The notes beneath the pieces are model-generated. The model was given only the letters and a program-made list of their open reading frames with translations. It searched no databases and was not told the DNA's origin. From NCBI RefSeq assembly GCF_018350175.1, contig NC_058382.1, forward strand, positions 60,018,001 to 60,082,000: a DNA stretch of 64,000 nucleotides. The letters run 5' to 3'. The position numbers were made by a program, and so were the translations under genes. This DNA is from Felis catus (lineage: Eukaryota). Position 1 is the stretch's first letter. The number at the start of each line of letters is the position of its first letter. Positions 36,253 to 49,200 of the stretch are shown in pieces.

Positions 36253-39200
36253 AGACTTAAAAGTGCTAATGCAAGTTGGAGAAATAAGTCGAAGCTGGGG
36301 GTTTGGTAACAGATGATAGTAATACTTCAGCCGGTGCCAGGTGCTGTTCAAGTGCTGTCCTCGTCTTACAGATTGCTGTGCTGTTCCTGGGAGCGCCTCG
36401 CTCTCGAGTGCAGACCTCGAGACGTTGGGGTGATCTGGAAGAAGTCCTCCAAGCCGTCTCATTCATCTGCTGAAGGCACTGAGAGCGTAGGTCAGACACT
36501 TTTAGTTCATTTTAGAAAAGTCTACTTGGAAAGGAAGGATCGGGTGGCAGCCTTTCGGAAATACAGCGATGACAAAGTCACCTTCAGATGAGAATCTTCT
36601 GTCCTCACTGCCTTCGGAGAGCAAAAGCCTCGGCACCTCTTAGGGACTGGGTGTTTTCAGGCTTAGACGTTGCAGGAATAGTACAAAGAATTATAACAGT
36701 CGTCTCGGATGTTACTGTTTTGTATTTGCTTTATCACCTCTCCTCACTACAGCTGTATATGTGTGTATTTTTTTCTGTACAGAGTAAGATAATGAGGTCC
36801 TCTTACGCAACCACTTATGTGGCTGTTTCCTAAAAACCAGGGATATTCTTTCATACAACCACAACATAATTATTAAAATTTGGAATTTAACGTTGATACA
36901 TCTCTATTATCTGAGCAACAGATCTAATTCAGCTTTTACTAGTCATCCCAATAATGTCCTTGATAGCAAAAGAAAAAGGGATTCTTGCATGCACTTTGAT
37001 GAATCTTTTTCCCCAAGAATATTTGCCCTGGCCCATATAATTATAAATTAGGCCCACACTCCTCACAAACTGCAAGTTTAATAAAATCAGAAGTGCAAAT
37101 TTCTTGCTGACAAAAGTCACTTTGAATAATCCTTTCCTTCTGCCCTTCTATTGAGAGAGGAGTGGGAGACTCAGCCAAGAGGCCGAATGCGTAGCTCTTT
37201 CAAAAGTCCACTCAGGTCATTAGTTCCAAGTGTAAATGAGCTGTGGTTAGAACGTGCTAGAATTGTGAGTCCGAAATGAACCTGACCTTACATGGTATCA
37301 TTTGCTAGAGTTATTTTTAAAAAGGTTAAATTACCTAAGGTTGCCCTCAAGTATATATAACCCTATTGGGCGAGTTAAGGGTTACTTTACAGGGGTACCT
37401 GCTCAGGGCTGGATCTGTGTGTGTGTTTAATCAGAGCATAAATATTTTGGGTTTCTGAATTGAAATTCGTCCTGCCCCCCTCATCCTCCCCTCCTGAAAG
37501 TCAGGTTAATGGGCCAGGGTGAAAACGTTTCTGAAAGGCAGCTAAATTATGTCGTGTTTCTTTAATCAAAGTAAAATTTTTTTAGTGTAGCAAATAGATT
37601 TTCTTAACATTTAAAAATAAGTTTCATTTGGAATTGTCTTAGCATGTGGCAAGCAGTTCCTGGCTCCTATGTTGCTGTCCCTGTCCGCATTTGTGACTGG
37701 AGTTCCAGTTTACTGGGTTCCCCCGCGCCTGTCTGGATTGGAGTCTTGGGTTCCATGTAGCACTTCTTCCGACATAGGTGGGACAGTCCTCCCCAAAGAT
37801 GTATTTCGGCTCTGTTGCTAATAGGATTGCCTTATGTTGTGTGGGCTGGTTTCGAGGAGGGGGAGTGTTGGGGTCTGAGACCCAGATCACCTTGTCCTGG
37901 TTGTTTGGCTCAGGGCAGACTCTTGAATGTCTCCTGCAGAGGAGGAGGAGGTGGGTGTGGAGGGCAGATCTGAGTGCTTGTGAAGCCGTTAGCCCAGCAT
38001 TCACCAAGTTTCAGGGCTTAGTGCTGTTTGCAGCCTCAAATCCAAACTCCTCGCGTCTCACACAGGCTTCCTGGTGTTCTTGAGCAGTAGTGGGAAGGCA
38101 TCCTAGTTTGATTCAGACATGTGACTACAGATGTGACTTTCAAAAATTAGGATACATGCTTTACATGGACGTTTTGATTGCATGGACTTTTGTTTCTGTC
38201 TTAGACCCGATCCAGTTGATTTGGGGTTCTAAGTACAGTTCCTTTCCTTCTTTGTTTTGTCCTCAGTTACACATCGAGAACTCTGATCTTAAGGAAAACA
38301 GTGCCAGGATGCTGTATCGAGTACCAAGAGTGTAAACGGATTCTTGGCCCCCACGGTGATGGTGGCGTGGGATGCGTCTGCCTCCGCCGAGCCCTCGCGA
38401 GGGCTGTGCTTGGGTCAGCCAGAGTCTATGACACAACCTGGCCAGTCTCCTCAGGCTTTGGTCTGTTTTCTGTTCTGGGTCCTGTGAATAGTTCTCCTTG
38501 GTTATCGGCCCTGCCTCGGAGGGTCGCACTTGCTTGACAGGTTGTGTGGATCAGAAACCTCTGGAAATGTCCCTGCCTCTGCCATCTGTCATCGTTACTT
38601 ACTTTAACGACTGCTCAAGTTGGGAGTTAATCTTCTTTTGTTTTTATGTTGCCTGGCTAGGGTTGCAGATTCCCTTAACATTTAGGCACGTGCTAGTGGT
38701 TTTGTTTGGTTTCTGTGAAATTGCGAGGTAGGGAGAGGAGAGTAGGACGCTGTGGTATCCTCACCCTCGGACTGCTGTCCGCCTTCCTCCCCAGGCTTCA
38801 CAGCACGCCGCACGAAGTAGGAGAGGCGGGCGGGCGATACGAGGCTGGCAGTTTCTGGAGGGAGCTCACGATAGACGGGTGGCTTCGGGAGGGACCGGGG
38901 GGACACTCGGCTTGCCAGATCAATGGACTCCGCGGCAGAGTGTGTCACAAGGAGAGGAGCTGCGGTGTCCAAGTGGTGGATCCTTCTCTTTGACCCGATT
39001 TTCCCCATGAGGTGATTCAAGCCAAGATTCGTACCGTCCTGTAGCCGAAGGACTGACCGGAGAGGAAGCGCGAACGTGAGCGATGGATAACGGGCGGGCT
39101 CGGTTAGGACACGGACGAGTCTCTGTGGAAAGTGCTCTGCTTCCTGCCCCCCCTCCAGCCCCCCTTCTTCAGGGCCCTGTGGTCTCCTTTCCCTTAATAA

Positions 39201-39310
39201 CTGTTCATGATGCCTGTCACGTAAGGGAAGCGTTTAGGGCTGGGCCTACCTGTAAAATGGGGACACAGTGACCTGCACCAACAGGTGTGAAGATAAAATG
39301 CCTTACTGCT

Positions 39311-39504
39311 GGGGCGCCTGGGGGGCTCAGCCGGTTAAGCGTCCCACTTCGGCTCAGGTCATGATCTCGAGGTTCGTGAGTTCGAGCCGCACGTCGGGCT
39401 CTCTGCTGTCAGCGTGGGAGCCCGTCTAGGATCCTCTGTCCCCCTCTCTCTCTGCCTCTCCCCAGCTCGTGTGTGTGCACGCACGCTCTCTCTCAAAAAA
39501 TAAA
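39311..39504 (+). mobile_element. CAN-SINE
   Basis: GGGGCGCCTGG head, CT tract, AAAAATAAA; imperfect TSD AAAATGCC.TA.TGCT. Confidence 0.92.
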
Positions 39505-40599
39505 CGTGGGGAAAAAATGCCCTAGTGCTCATAATGGTGCTTAGAACTCAATACACGGAATTGTTGTCGTCACATTACCTTCCAGGCCCCACATCTTCTT
39601 ACGCTTGTCAAGCTCATATGGTGCTGATTTCACTGACAGAAGTGTGCATAAAGTCACAATTTTGTTGGTGGTAAACTTACATCACAGAATCTTGGAATTT
39701 CAGAACCAGGCCAGGAACTCAGAGGTATTCGAAATTAGTAAACTTGCTAAGAAAAAGCCTGGCCGTGGTTGTAAAGTACACGTGTCTTGTAAATGCGAGA
39801 AGCCACAATGGCCTTTGTGTTTCTGCCGTGAGGAACTGGCCGGTCTGGACGCCACAGACCGCCGTCCACGTAGGCTTTTAGGGTTCAGACACCCTCTTGT
39901 TCTCTCCAGGGAAGTGACTTCTCCCGCACTCCTTGCCGTAAACGGCGATGGATTCTGTTATTACACGGTGTTGTAATGTGTGCGTACTGTTTGTTACTTA
40001 ATGATACTTAATTGAGAATTTTAAATTCTATTAGATGATTTTAAACAATTTGCAGCGGGTACGGATTCTTACAATCTGAGGGCCAATAGTTCTCGTATGA
40101 ACGAACATACGTCAGTGGGAAAAGTGTTTAATTTTACCTTTAATTCGGTCTCATAGAATGCGCCACAGCTGGATTTAGGTATACGATCACCCAGTAGATG
40201 ATCAAACCAGTAGAATGTCTCTTTGAAACATGGCTTTCTTCTCTGGAGGGGCAAAAATCGGCCGTGCCGTCTGCCCCACCTCCACACCTCTGAGCGTTGT
40301 CTGTCTTGACCGAAACGACAGAGGTTCAAGTCGGTCAACTTATAGGAGAGAGTCTGCCTTAGAGCTGCATTCTCCAAGTGGTGAATGCTTCCTTTTGACT
40401 TTTCGTCCCCCATGAGATGATTCAAGCCAAGATTTGTAGCCGAAGGACTGACGTAGCTGTCCGGCCGAGGACTGGAGGCGCGAGGTTCAGGAGCGCGTGT
40501 TCACAGGGTCGTCGGGACCCCTTCACTCACCGGTACCTGTGGGCGGCTCCCGCCCGGTGCACACTGCAGTGGTTTGATATTAAAGTGAGAGGTTCAGCG

Positions 40600-40805
40600 C
40601 CGGACGAGCCCTCCCAGCCCCAAAGCAGCTGTAGACAACATGCAAACAGCTGGGTGTGGCCAGGTTCCGATAAGGCTTTCTTTGGGGACGCTGAAGTTGA
40701 GTTTCATATGATTTCGTGTCACAAAATACTGTTCTTTTGACTTGGCTCGAGGGCTGTCCAGCAAGGGGGGGGGGGCGGATTTGGCCTCGCACGCGTTTGT
40801 GGGGC
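40600..40805. mobile_element. MER58B-like fragment
   Basis: AAAGCAGCTGTAGACAAC...GGGTGTGGC...TTTCATATGATTTC...GTGTCACAAAATA...CGGATTTGGCC. Confidence 0.55.
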
Positions 40806-42223
40806 AGATGAATTAGAGGAGGTCGTGTGTGGGCAGGCAGGCTGGAGCCAGACTGGGGAAGGTTTGAAACCTGGGTGAAGGGGAAGCCGAGGAGGGCCGT
40901 GCGAGGCGCTCGAGCCGGGCTCTGAGAGGACGAACCTTCCTTGGAAGAGTGTCCTACAGGGCGGATGAGGGAGGACCGGCTTCCTGCCCCAGCCGCGTGT
41001 GGCTTCGGGAGGGACCAAGGGGACGCTCGGCCTGCCGGATCAGTGGGCTCCACCGCAGAGTGTCACAGGGAGACGATGCTGCACGTCAGAGGGGCTAGAG
41101 GCAGGGACTGGGGGGAGGCCAGCTGAGCGGCCCCCCGGCGGACCAGGTGCAGCGGGAGAGAGGAGGAGGAAGAGGGAGGAAGTCGGGTCAGAATCAGCAA
41201 GCGGGAAGAAGCCCTAGGGTCTGGTGGGGGTCGGAGAGTGAGGGTAACAGCAGCGAGAGCTCCCAACTGTCTGCGGGGTCTTTTGTGGGAGGCGCCGGGA
41301 GGCGGTACCTCCTCGAGCAGCCTGCTTGGGGGTGGGGGGCTGGCTCGGGCAGAGGTCAGCGGCGGAAGCGTTGGGTGGATTTTGTTGTCCCAGGCCGTGG
41401 CGTGTTTGAAATACGAGGCGTGAGGGCAAGGTGGGGGACAGATTCGGGAGGGACGGGGTCGCCCCCGTCATTGAAGTGTGAGCCTGCCGGCAGCCCTGGG
41501 AGATGATGCCTTCCGTCCGTCCAGCGTCCCAGGTGCTGCTTCCTGGGAGGCGGGAGGGGCCTCGGTGGCGCCCCAGGGGGGTGGGTGTGCTCTGCTTTCG
41601 CAGGAGGGCAGAGGTGCCGGGAGAGAGGGAGACGAGACCTGGGAGGGGTGGTGCGGAAGGGCAGTCAGGAACGGATACCGGGCTCCCGTCTGGGCCCTTG
41701 GAGAAGAGCTGACGGTGAGGTTGGAAACCATGTTGTTTGTTTGGGGTTCAGAGGGAGAGGGAAGAGACCTCGTTTGTGGATGCGCTCAGGTGGCTTCCAG
41801 AGTGTGCTTTAGGAGTTTGGCACGGGAGGGATGTGATGGTAGGTGGTGGACAGCAGAGTGGATGGCAGGGTCTTGCTTTTGTTTTTTCTAACGTTTACTC
41901 GTTTGAAGACCTTTTATCAGCTCTCTGCGCGGAAAGCCCGGGTCGTTCTAGCTACCTGCACCGGTTGCTCCCGCTGCCAGCAACGCACAGCACCGCGACG
42001 TGGGGCTGTGTCCGGCGCCCGGGGGGGTGGGGGGGGGAGTAGGGGGCTCCAGGCACGGCGTGGCCCATCAGCCTGAGCATGTTCCGATCAGCCTTTCTGT
42101 GCCGTGTCCCCTAACTGGAACCTAGGGAGCAGGTGCCGGAAGAGTGCCGTGAGTACACAGGTGTGTGTCCTTCGTCTGGGTTCACAGAGGGTTAGTGTTT
42201 GGGCCGTGCTGCATCCGCGTGGG

Positions 42224-42748
42224 CAGGCACACCTCGGACGCGCTGTGGGCTGGCTTCCAGACCACTGCAGTCGAGCGGGTGCCGCGGTAACGCCGGCCGG
42301 TCATGTCGGGATCTGGGTTTGCCGGCCCGAATACTTGTTTACTCCGTACTGTAGTTGACTTGTGTGCACTGGCAGTATGTCTAAGAAACAATGTCCGTAC
42401 CTTAATTAAAACATACTTTATTGTGGGGGCGCCTGGGTGGCTCAGTGCGTTAAGCGTCTTGACTCTTGATGTTGGCTCAGGTCATGATCTCACGGTCCTG
42501 AGATCGAGCCCCACATGGGGCTCTGCACTGAGTGTGGAGCCTGCTGAAGATTCTCTCTCTGCCTCTGCCCCTCCCCAACTTGTGTGTGTGTGCTCTCTCT
42601 CAAAAAAAATAAAAAATAAAAAATAAATACTTTATGGTTAAAAAATGCTACCCGTCATCTGTGCTTTCAGTGAGTCATAATCATTGATCACAGATCACCG
42701 CAACAAATAATAACGAAAAAGTTTGAAATATTGTGAGAATGACACATT
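42224..42748 (+). mobile_element. Internally deleted Tigger1-like element interrupted by a CAN-SINE (42426-42626 +)
   Basis: CAGGCACACCTCGG...CCAGACCACTGCA; TATGTCTAAGAAACAATGT...CCTTAATTAAAACATACTTTATTG; 3' TCACAGATCACC...AAAAAGTTTGAAATATTG. Confidence 0.75.
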
Positions 42749-42819
42749 TGGTAATTTTTGGTAGCCCTCTATTTTTTTTTTTTTTTTTCTTTTTCCTGCT
42801 TTTGAAAGTAAGTTGCATA

Positions 42820-43045
42820 GGGGCGCCTGGGTGGCTCAGTTAGTTAAGTGTCCGACTTCGGCTCAGGTCATGATCTCACAGTTCGTGAGTTTGAGCCCCA
42901 CGTCGGGCTCTGTGCTGACAGCTCAGAGCCTGGAGCCTGCTTTGGATTCTGTGTCTCCCTCTTTTTGTGCCTCTTTCATGCTCATGCTCTCTCTCTCTCT
43001 CTCTCTCAAACATAAACATTAAAAATTTTTTTAATTAAAAAAAAA
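42820..43045 (+). mobile_element. CAN-SINE
   Basis: Full body; TSD AAGTTGCA.AG. Confidence 0.93.
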
Positions 43046-43179
43046 GTTGCAGAGAGATCACTATATTTCACCCCTAAATGCTTGAGTGCTCATGTCTTGA
43101 GAGCAAGAGCATTCCTTTATATAGTCATACCTAAACAACGAACAGTATTCAGTGTCATTGAAGATACTGCCCATATATT

Positions 43180-43209
43180 TAAAAAAATTTTTTTTTGAAT
43201 GTTTATTTG

Positions 43210-43250
<41 letters not shown>

Positions 43251-43422
43251 CAGAGCATGAGCGGGGGAGGGGCAGAGAGAGAGGGAGCCACTGAATCCAA
43301 AGCAGGAGCCAGGCTCTGAGCCGTCAGCACAGAACCCGACGTGGGGCTCGAACTCACAAACCGTGAGATCATGACCTGAGCCCAAGTCGGACACTCAACC
43401 GACTGAGCCACCCAGGCACCCC
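43180..43422 (-). mobile_element. CAN-SINE
   Basis: Full body with (GA)n; TSD GA(T/C)ACTGCCCATATA at 43163 and 43423. Confidence 0.93.
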
Positions 43423-44232
43423 GACACTGCCCATATAAATGTCCCCTGAAATTTGTTTATGGCTAATGACCCCCTGCCTCCCCCAAGATCTCACTGCATC
43501 TACCGGTCTCTTTGTCTTGGTTAATTGAGAGCAGGCCTCTCCTAGTTTTATGCTGTGGACTTTTCAGGGGTTCCGGCCAGTAGACCTGTACCTGTATCCC
43601 TTTCGTTCCTGCCTCTGCCGACTCCCTCAGGTCTCCACTGGGGCTGGGGGAGCTGCCTCATCGGTGCACCCCTGCCTAGGCCTGTTCTTAGCGCCAGCTA
43701 AGCGGGAGATCCAGGGGGAGCCCATTTGTCACGTGTAGTTACTGCCCTCTTCTCTTGGAGTGGCTGTTTAGCACAGTGCCTAGTGATGATTTTTTGAAGG
43801 ATCGGTGAATGAGTGCGAGATCACTTGCTGCCGCGTACAAGAGTTCGCAGACACTCGCTAAAATTCCTCCCAGGACTAAGAAATGAGGCGACGGCTCTCA
43901 GGCCTGCAATCCGTCGTACATTCTCACACTCCCGCGTCTCTGGCAGAGGTAGTATTGTGTGTTGTCGGGGTAAATCCTTGACAGCGTGAACAATTTATGG
44001 CTACCAAGGAAGAAGTAACATGTGGATGCAGTAATGTAAGCACCAAAATTTTTATGGCAAGACACATACAGGCTTCTGCAGTGTTTTCCCGTTTATCGTT
44101 GGCAGTTGGTAAATCAGGTGAGAGTTGCTTGTAATTGCACTCATGGTTTATATTTTATAGCAGACAACTGAAGTTCACTTTAGGTCCTACACAGTTCTTC
44201 TGCTTTCTTTCTGGAGCTATGATATCTGAAAG

Positions 44233-46250
44233 CACTGTTTGTCAAAGTGTGGTCCAAGGAGCCACATGGGTGACTTGAGACCTTGCCGGGGGCTCTGTGA
44301 GGTCGAAATGGTTTTCATAATGATCCTAAGAGGTCATTTGTCTTTTTTGTGGGTTGACACTTGCACCGGTGGTGCAGGGTTGATGTGGCAAAGCGGCCGC
44401 GGCCTGGGCCCGACGGAGGCCAAGCCCCCGGCCGCAGCTGGGTCCTTGTTTTCTTCACTGCCGTGCAATTAAAAACAGCCATTTTCACCTAAGAATGTCC
44501 CTGAGGAAGCAGTCAAATTCATTTTATTAAGTCTCAGCCCTCGAGTACCCCTCTGTTTCATTCTCAGTATGACAACACAGGAAGGTTATGGAAAGTTCTT
44601 CTGCCGTGTTTCGGATTCGGAGCCCTGCCTTGGAGACACCCCTTCTGCACTTGTGTTACTAGCTCAACTAGCTGTGTTTTCTCATGGACCACGTAAAAGA
44701 ACAGCTGACAAACTGGGCATTGTTTTTTCAATGTTAGAGAGAGAGAGGGTGGGGAGGGGGACAGAGCATCCCAACGCGGGGCTCAAACTCACGAACCGCA
44801 AGATCGTGACCTGAGCTGAAGTCAGATGCTCGTGACTAAGCCGCCCAGGTGCTCCTAGGGTATTTCTTAATGAGTTTTTTTTAATTTTTTTTTTAACGTT
44901 TGTTTATTTTTTGAGAGAGAGACAGAGTGTGTGCAGGGGAGGGGCAGAGAGAGAGGGAGACACAGAATCCGACGCAGACTTCAGGCTCCAGGCTCTGAGC
45001 TGTCAGCACAGAGCCCAATGCGGGGCTCGAACTCACAAGCTGTGAGATCGTGACCTGAGCCGAAGTCAGATGCTTAACCCACTGAGCCATCCGGGCTCCC
45101 CTTTACTGAATGAATTAAGTTAGCCTGTTGCTTCAAGGAAAGCCACTGTGGCACCATTACTGGTGAGAAAATTTGCACTTTCAAGTGGAATAGGAATTTT
45201 GGGAAGTGTGTATCTGTCATCGAGATCCTGATAGCTTCTCAGTACTTAAAGGTATTTCTGATATCAGTGTTAGTGAATGTGATGCTTTTGGTAATACATG
45301 ATAAACTACACCTGGAATGTTCCGTGCGTGATGTTACAAAGTTGCACTTGGGTAAAAGATCCATTGAAAGTGCAAGACAGACCAATGGATTTTAATTTAA
45401 TTTAATTTAATTTAATTTAATTTAATTTAATTTAATTTTATTTATTTTATTTTATTTTATTTTAAATGAAACTTTATTTTTTGTTTTTAAAAATTTTTAA
45501 TGCTTAATTTTTGAGAGAGAGACAGAGTGTGAGCGGGGGAGGGGCAGAAAGTGAGGGCGACACAGAATTCGAAGCAGGTTCCAGGCTCCGAGCTGTCAGC
45601 ACAGAGCCTGATGCGGGGCTCGAACCCACACACTGTGAGGTCATGCCCTGAGCCAAAGCCGGATGCTTAACCAACTGAGCCCCCCAGGCGCCCCCAGACC
45701 AATGAATTTTGAAACAATAAAGTAAAATGTTCACTCATAGGGTGTCAATGCAACATGACTTTAGAAAAATAAAACACCAGTTGAGTTTTGCTGTTGGATT
45801 AAGAAAGAATATCCACAGGTGCCGGAAAAGGAAAAGGCTGGTAAAATACTGTCCCCACAGCACTCTGCGTGAGGGTGAATTTTCTTCATGTGTGTCAACC
45901 AGGATGGTTCGTTCTAGGGCAGCACATTGGGAGCTGATGTGTGTGGGGGGATCCAGCTGCTTCCCAGTGAGTCTGACGTTAGACAGATTTGTGAATATGC
46001 CACACTGTGGCCCTCTTCTTGCTAAGATTTTGCTGCTGCTGTTGTCTTGGAAACTATCTTGTATGTTAACATGGAATATGTTGATTTTTACAATTTTCAA
46101 ACGAATAAAGAAATATTCAAACATTTTCTGTTCTAATTTCAAATATGGTAACTACCGATAGATGCACCCATACAAGCATTAACTCTTTGGGGGCCTCACT
46201 AACTTTAAGGCGGGAAAGGGGGTCCTGGGTGCCGTGCGCGTGTGAACTAG
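44233..46250. mobile_element. hAT-Charlie-like DNA transposon fossil with nested CAN-SINEs (44722-44855, 44875-45100, 45388-45694, all -)
   Basis: Start TCAAAGTGTGGTCC, internal GTGAGGTCGAAATGGTTTTCATAATGA, end AACTCTTTGGGGGCCTC...GGGGTCCTG resemble recalled Charlie consensi. The SINE bodies are clear. Confidence 0.65.
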
Positions 46251-49200
46251 GGCCGTGGGGGTGTGGGAGCGGCTGGAATCCAGCCACCTCTCCTTCGTGT
46301 GTCGTGGTTGATGTTTGAGGAGGTCTGTAGTTTTTGGAAAGGAAGAGTGAAAGTGGCACGTTTAGCCAAACATATTAACCTTAAGGGGAAGGATCTGCTA
46401 TCTGAGGCTTAATTGGCCTTCTTTGTCTCATTTTAAAGGTAAACACATTTCGGGGGCTGTCTTACACGAGGGCCGGTGGGCTGGGTTTTCCCAAGAAGTG
46501 AAAACCTTGGGAAGAAGGATTTCCTGCTTCCCAGTGTCCTTGTTTATCTGGCCCCTGACCTTTTATGGAACTGTGTCCCTTTCCTCCCCAGTTCGTCCTT
46601 TGCCTGCACGGATTTCGGAGGAAAAAAGGAAGCGAGCAGAGTTTTTCCCACATATCTCAGCTTAATAAATACTGATTTTTTTTTTTTTGCTTGCCGCAGA
46701 CCAGCTTTTAATTATTTTATTACGGTACTACTTCCATCCAAAAGGATTTGACTAAATGGAATGATTTCAGTTTCCTGGAGGTTTCCCTGTTTCTGGAGAT
46801 TTAGCCTCGAGTGCTGCTTAGCCACGTCCTTCCGTGGGGATGGAAATCCCTGTTGTGGTTTTGATGGCGTGGTGGGCTTGACATTCCTGCTCACGTGCAT
46901 TCGAAGCCTCCAACAGGAGCCATGCGGGGTGACAGGTGGCGGCTCGGCGGGCTGCGGGCTGGGGCGGCGGGCGTGCGGTAGTGCCTCAGCGGTAGCGGTC
47001 CTCCCCGGCACTGCTGTCTGGTCCCAAGCGTCTGTGTCGTGTCATGGCGTCCTGAGACTGTCATGTATTTGTCCCGGGATGCTCCCAACCCTCAGTTCAT
47101 GTCCTCGTCCCTAGACCTCAAGGGCCTGCAAGGTAGGGGCCTCCGCCGACTGTGTCTCTTTAGACTGGCCCCTCTGCATGCTTCTGATGGCTGGTAAATA
47201 ATTGTAGTAGCCGGAGTCAGGTCGCTGCCCGGGGAGGCTGTGCGGAAACAACTTCGTCCAAATCACACTCAGCATCAAGGCTTCGCTCGAGGGTTGATGT
47301 CGGAAACGGCTCTGTGAACAATTTCTGCCCTAAAACAACTGATGAGAAAATAAATCCCGTACGTGTGACATCCCTAGTGAGACAACTCATGTGTTGTTCC
47401 CACAGTGACTGGGAAGGTCCTTGTGTCAACACAGGGAGGCTTTATTTGGTGTTTTTTTTTTTGCTGTGTTTTTTCACGTAACGAGAGCCGATCGCCTGTA
47501 GCATTTTATTTTTTAGCTGTTACTGCTAAAGCAAAGTTGTGTGTGTGCTCGAATACAGTAGTTTGTCTCTTACGCCTGTTTTAATGGCCTTGTGGTTTTA
47601 TTTTATGGGGATCCGAAATATTTAAAAGTTAGCAAAATTAAAAATAAATGTGCAGTTCTGTATTTCAGCTGATGGAACGGCTGCTCGTGTCTGCTGTTGA
47701 CAAGTGATGAGCGGCTTGTCATACTTTCATTGTTAACGACTGAGCGCGCCAGTCGTATGAAGTTGGCCGTCGTAAACTAAACAGACTCATGACTCCATTG
47801 TGGTCTAGTCCTTTTTGATTTTCTTCTATTTTTTGAAGTTTATTTCTTGTTTTAGCAATCTGTACACACGCCGTGGGGCTTGAACTCATGACCACAAGAT
47901 CGATAATTGCAGGCTCTTCCTACTGAGTCCTTATTGAGATCAAGACACAAAGGCAGTACTTTGAAGAGCTTACTCCGTGGTGTTTTAGTGGAAATGCTGA
48001 CCTTCCCAGTTGTGCGTTGGCACTTAACCCCACAGTGGGCTCGTAGCGTTCCAGTGTGCTGCCTCTGCTAGGCAGGGGGCAGAGTGATGGAACTTCCTGC
48101 CCCAGTGGGGCTCATCTTCCAGTAGGGGAGACAGGTGTCAGACGAAGTAAGTGTTTAGCACACGTAGTGAGGTGGACCATCAGTGCTGTGCACCGAAGCG
48201 GGAGAGGGGAGCAGGGAGGCGGGTGCTGGGGGTGGGTTTTGAGTGGGTGTCATTCAGTGTCTCTGGGAAGGTGGCGTTGGGTAGGGGCGGGCAGGTGTTG
48301 GAGTGCCGGGGCCCTGAGCTGAACGGGTGCCTGCCGGGTGGGGAGGCCACCTTGGACACGGACCCGTAAGCAGCAGTGGGGAGAGCCTGACGGGCCCCGG
48401 AGGGTGCCGGCTGGCACTCCAGCAAGCACTTGAGTTGGTGGGAAGGCTTTGGTGGGCTTCGAACAGGTAAGGGGCATAGTTTGACGTGTGTTTTCACGCG
48501 GTCCAAGTAGCTTTTTCACTGGGTATTGGGAACAGTTACGGGGCAAAGACGGAGCGGGGAGACCCACGCAGAGGCCAGCACACAAATCCAGATGTGAGGT
48601 GACGAGGCCAGCGCGCAGGAAGCCAGACGCTCGCCCACAGAGTGGCTCTAAGAGGGACAAGATCCGAGGACTGGAGGTTTTGACAGGGAAGGTCTGGGAG
48701 GAGCAGGGCGGTTGTGGGGTGGGGGTCTAGTGCGGTTTGGGCACATCGAAATCGAGACTGGACTCCCAGGGGTGGTGTCGGGAGGCTGTTTGCTTCGTGG
48801 GTCTGGAGTTCACCTGAGAGGTCTGAGCTGAAGGGTGAGCCTGCGCCATCAGCGTGCAGGTGGTGTTCCAGAAGGACCGAGAAAGGCCTTGCCCCCAGCC
48901 GGGCATTCCGTCTGACGCCGACCTCCACAGAGGGAAGGGAAGGCCAGGAGGCGCGTGGAGGAGGCGGGACAGAGCCCGTGCAGGTGCGGCGGGCGAGGAG
49001 CACAGGACCCACCTGGGCGGTTGGCTGGTGGGGGGGGGGGGTGGGGGGAGAGGGGACCGCTGGTCTGGGTTCTAGAGGGGATGAAGACAGCAAGTCTAGG
49101 CAGCAACTTGGGGGGCTGTGCTCTGGAGGGGAGCATAGCCATGGAGATGGGGGGGTGGGGGAGTAGCTCTGGGAGTGAGCCCAGAGCTGTTGTGGAGGGG

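Noticed and set aside
39003..39057. C/D-box snoRNA (ATGAGGTGA...CTGA), also at 40408-40452
   Set aside because: No proper RTGATGA C box or terminal stem, and too short; explained as part of the local duplication.
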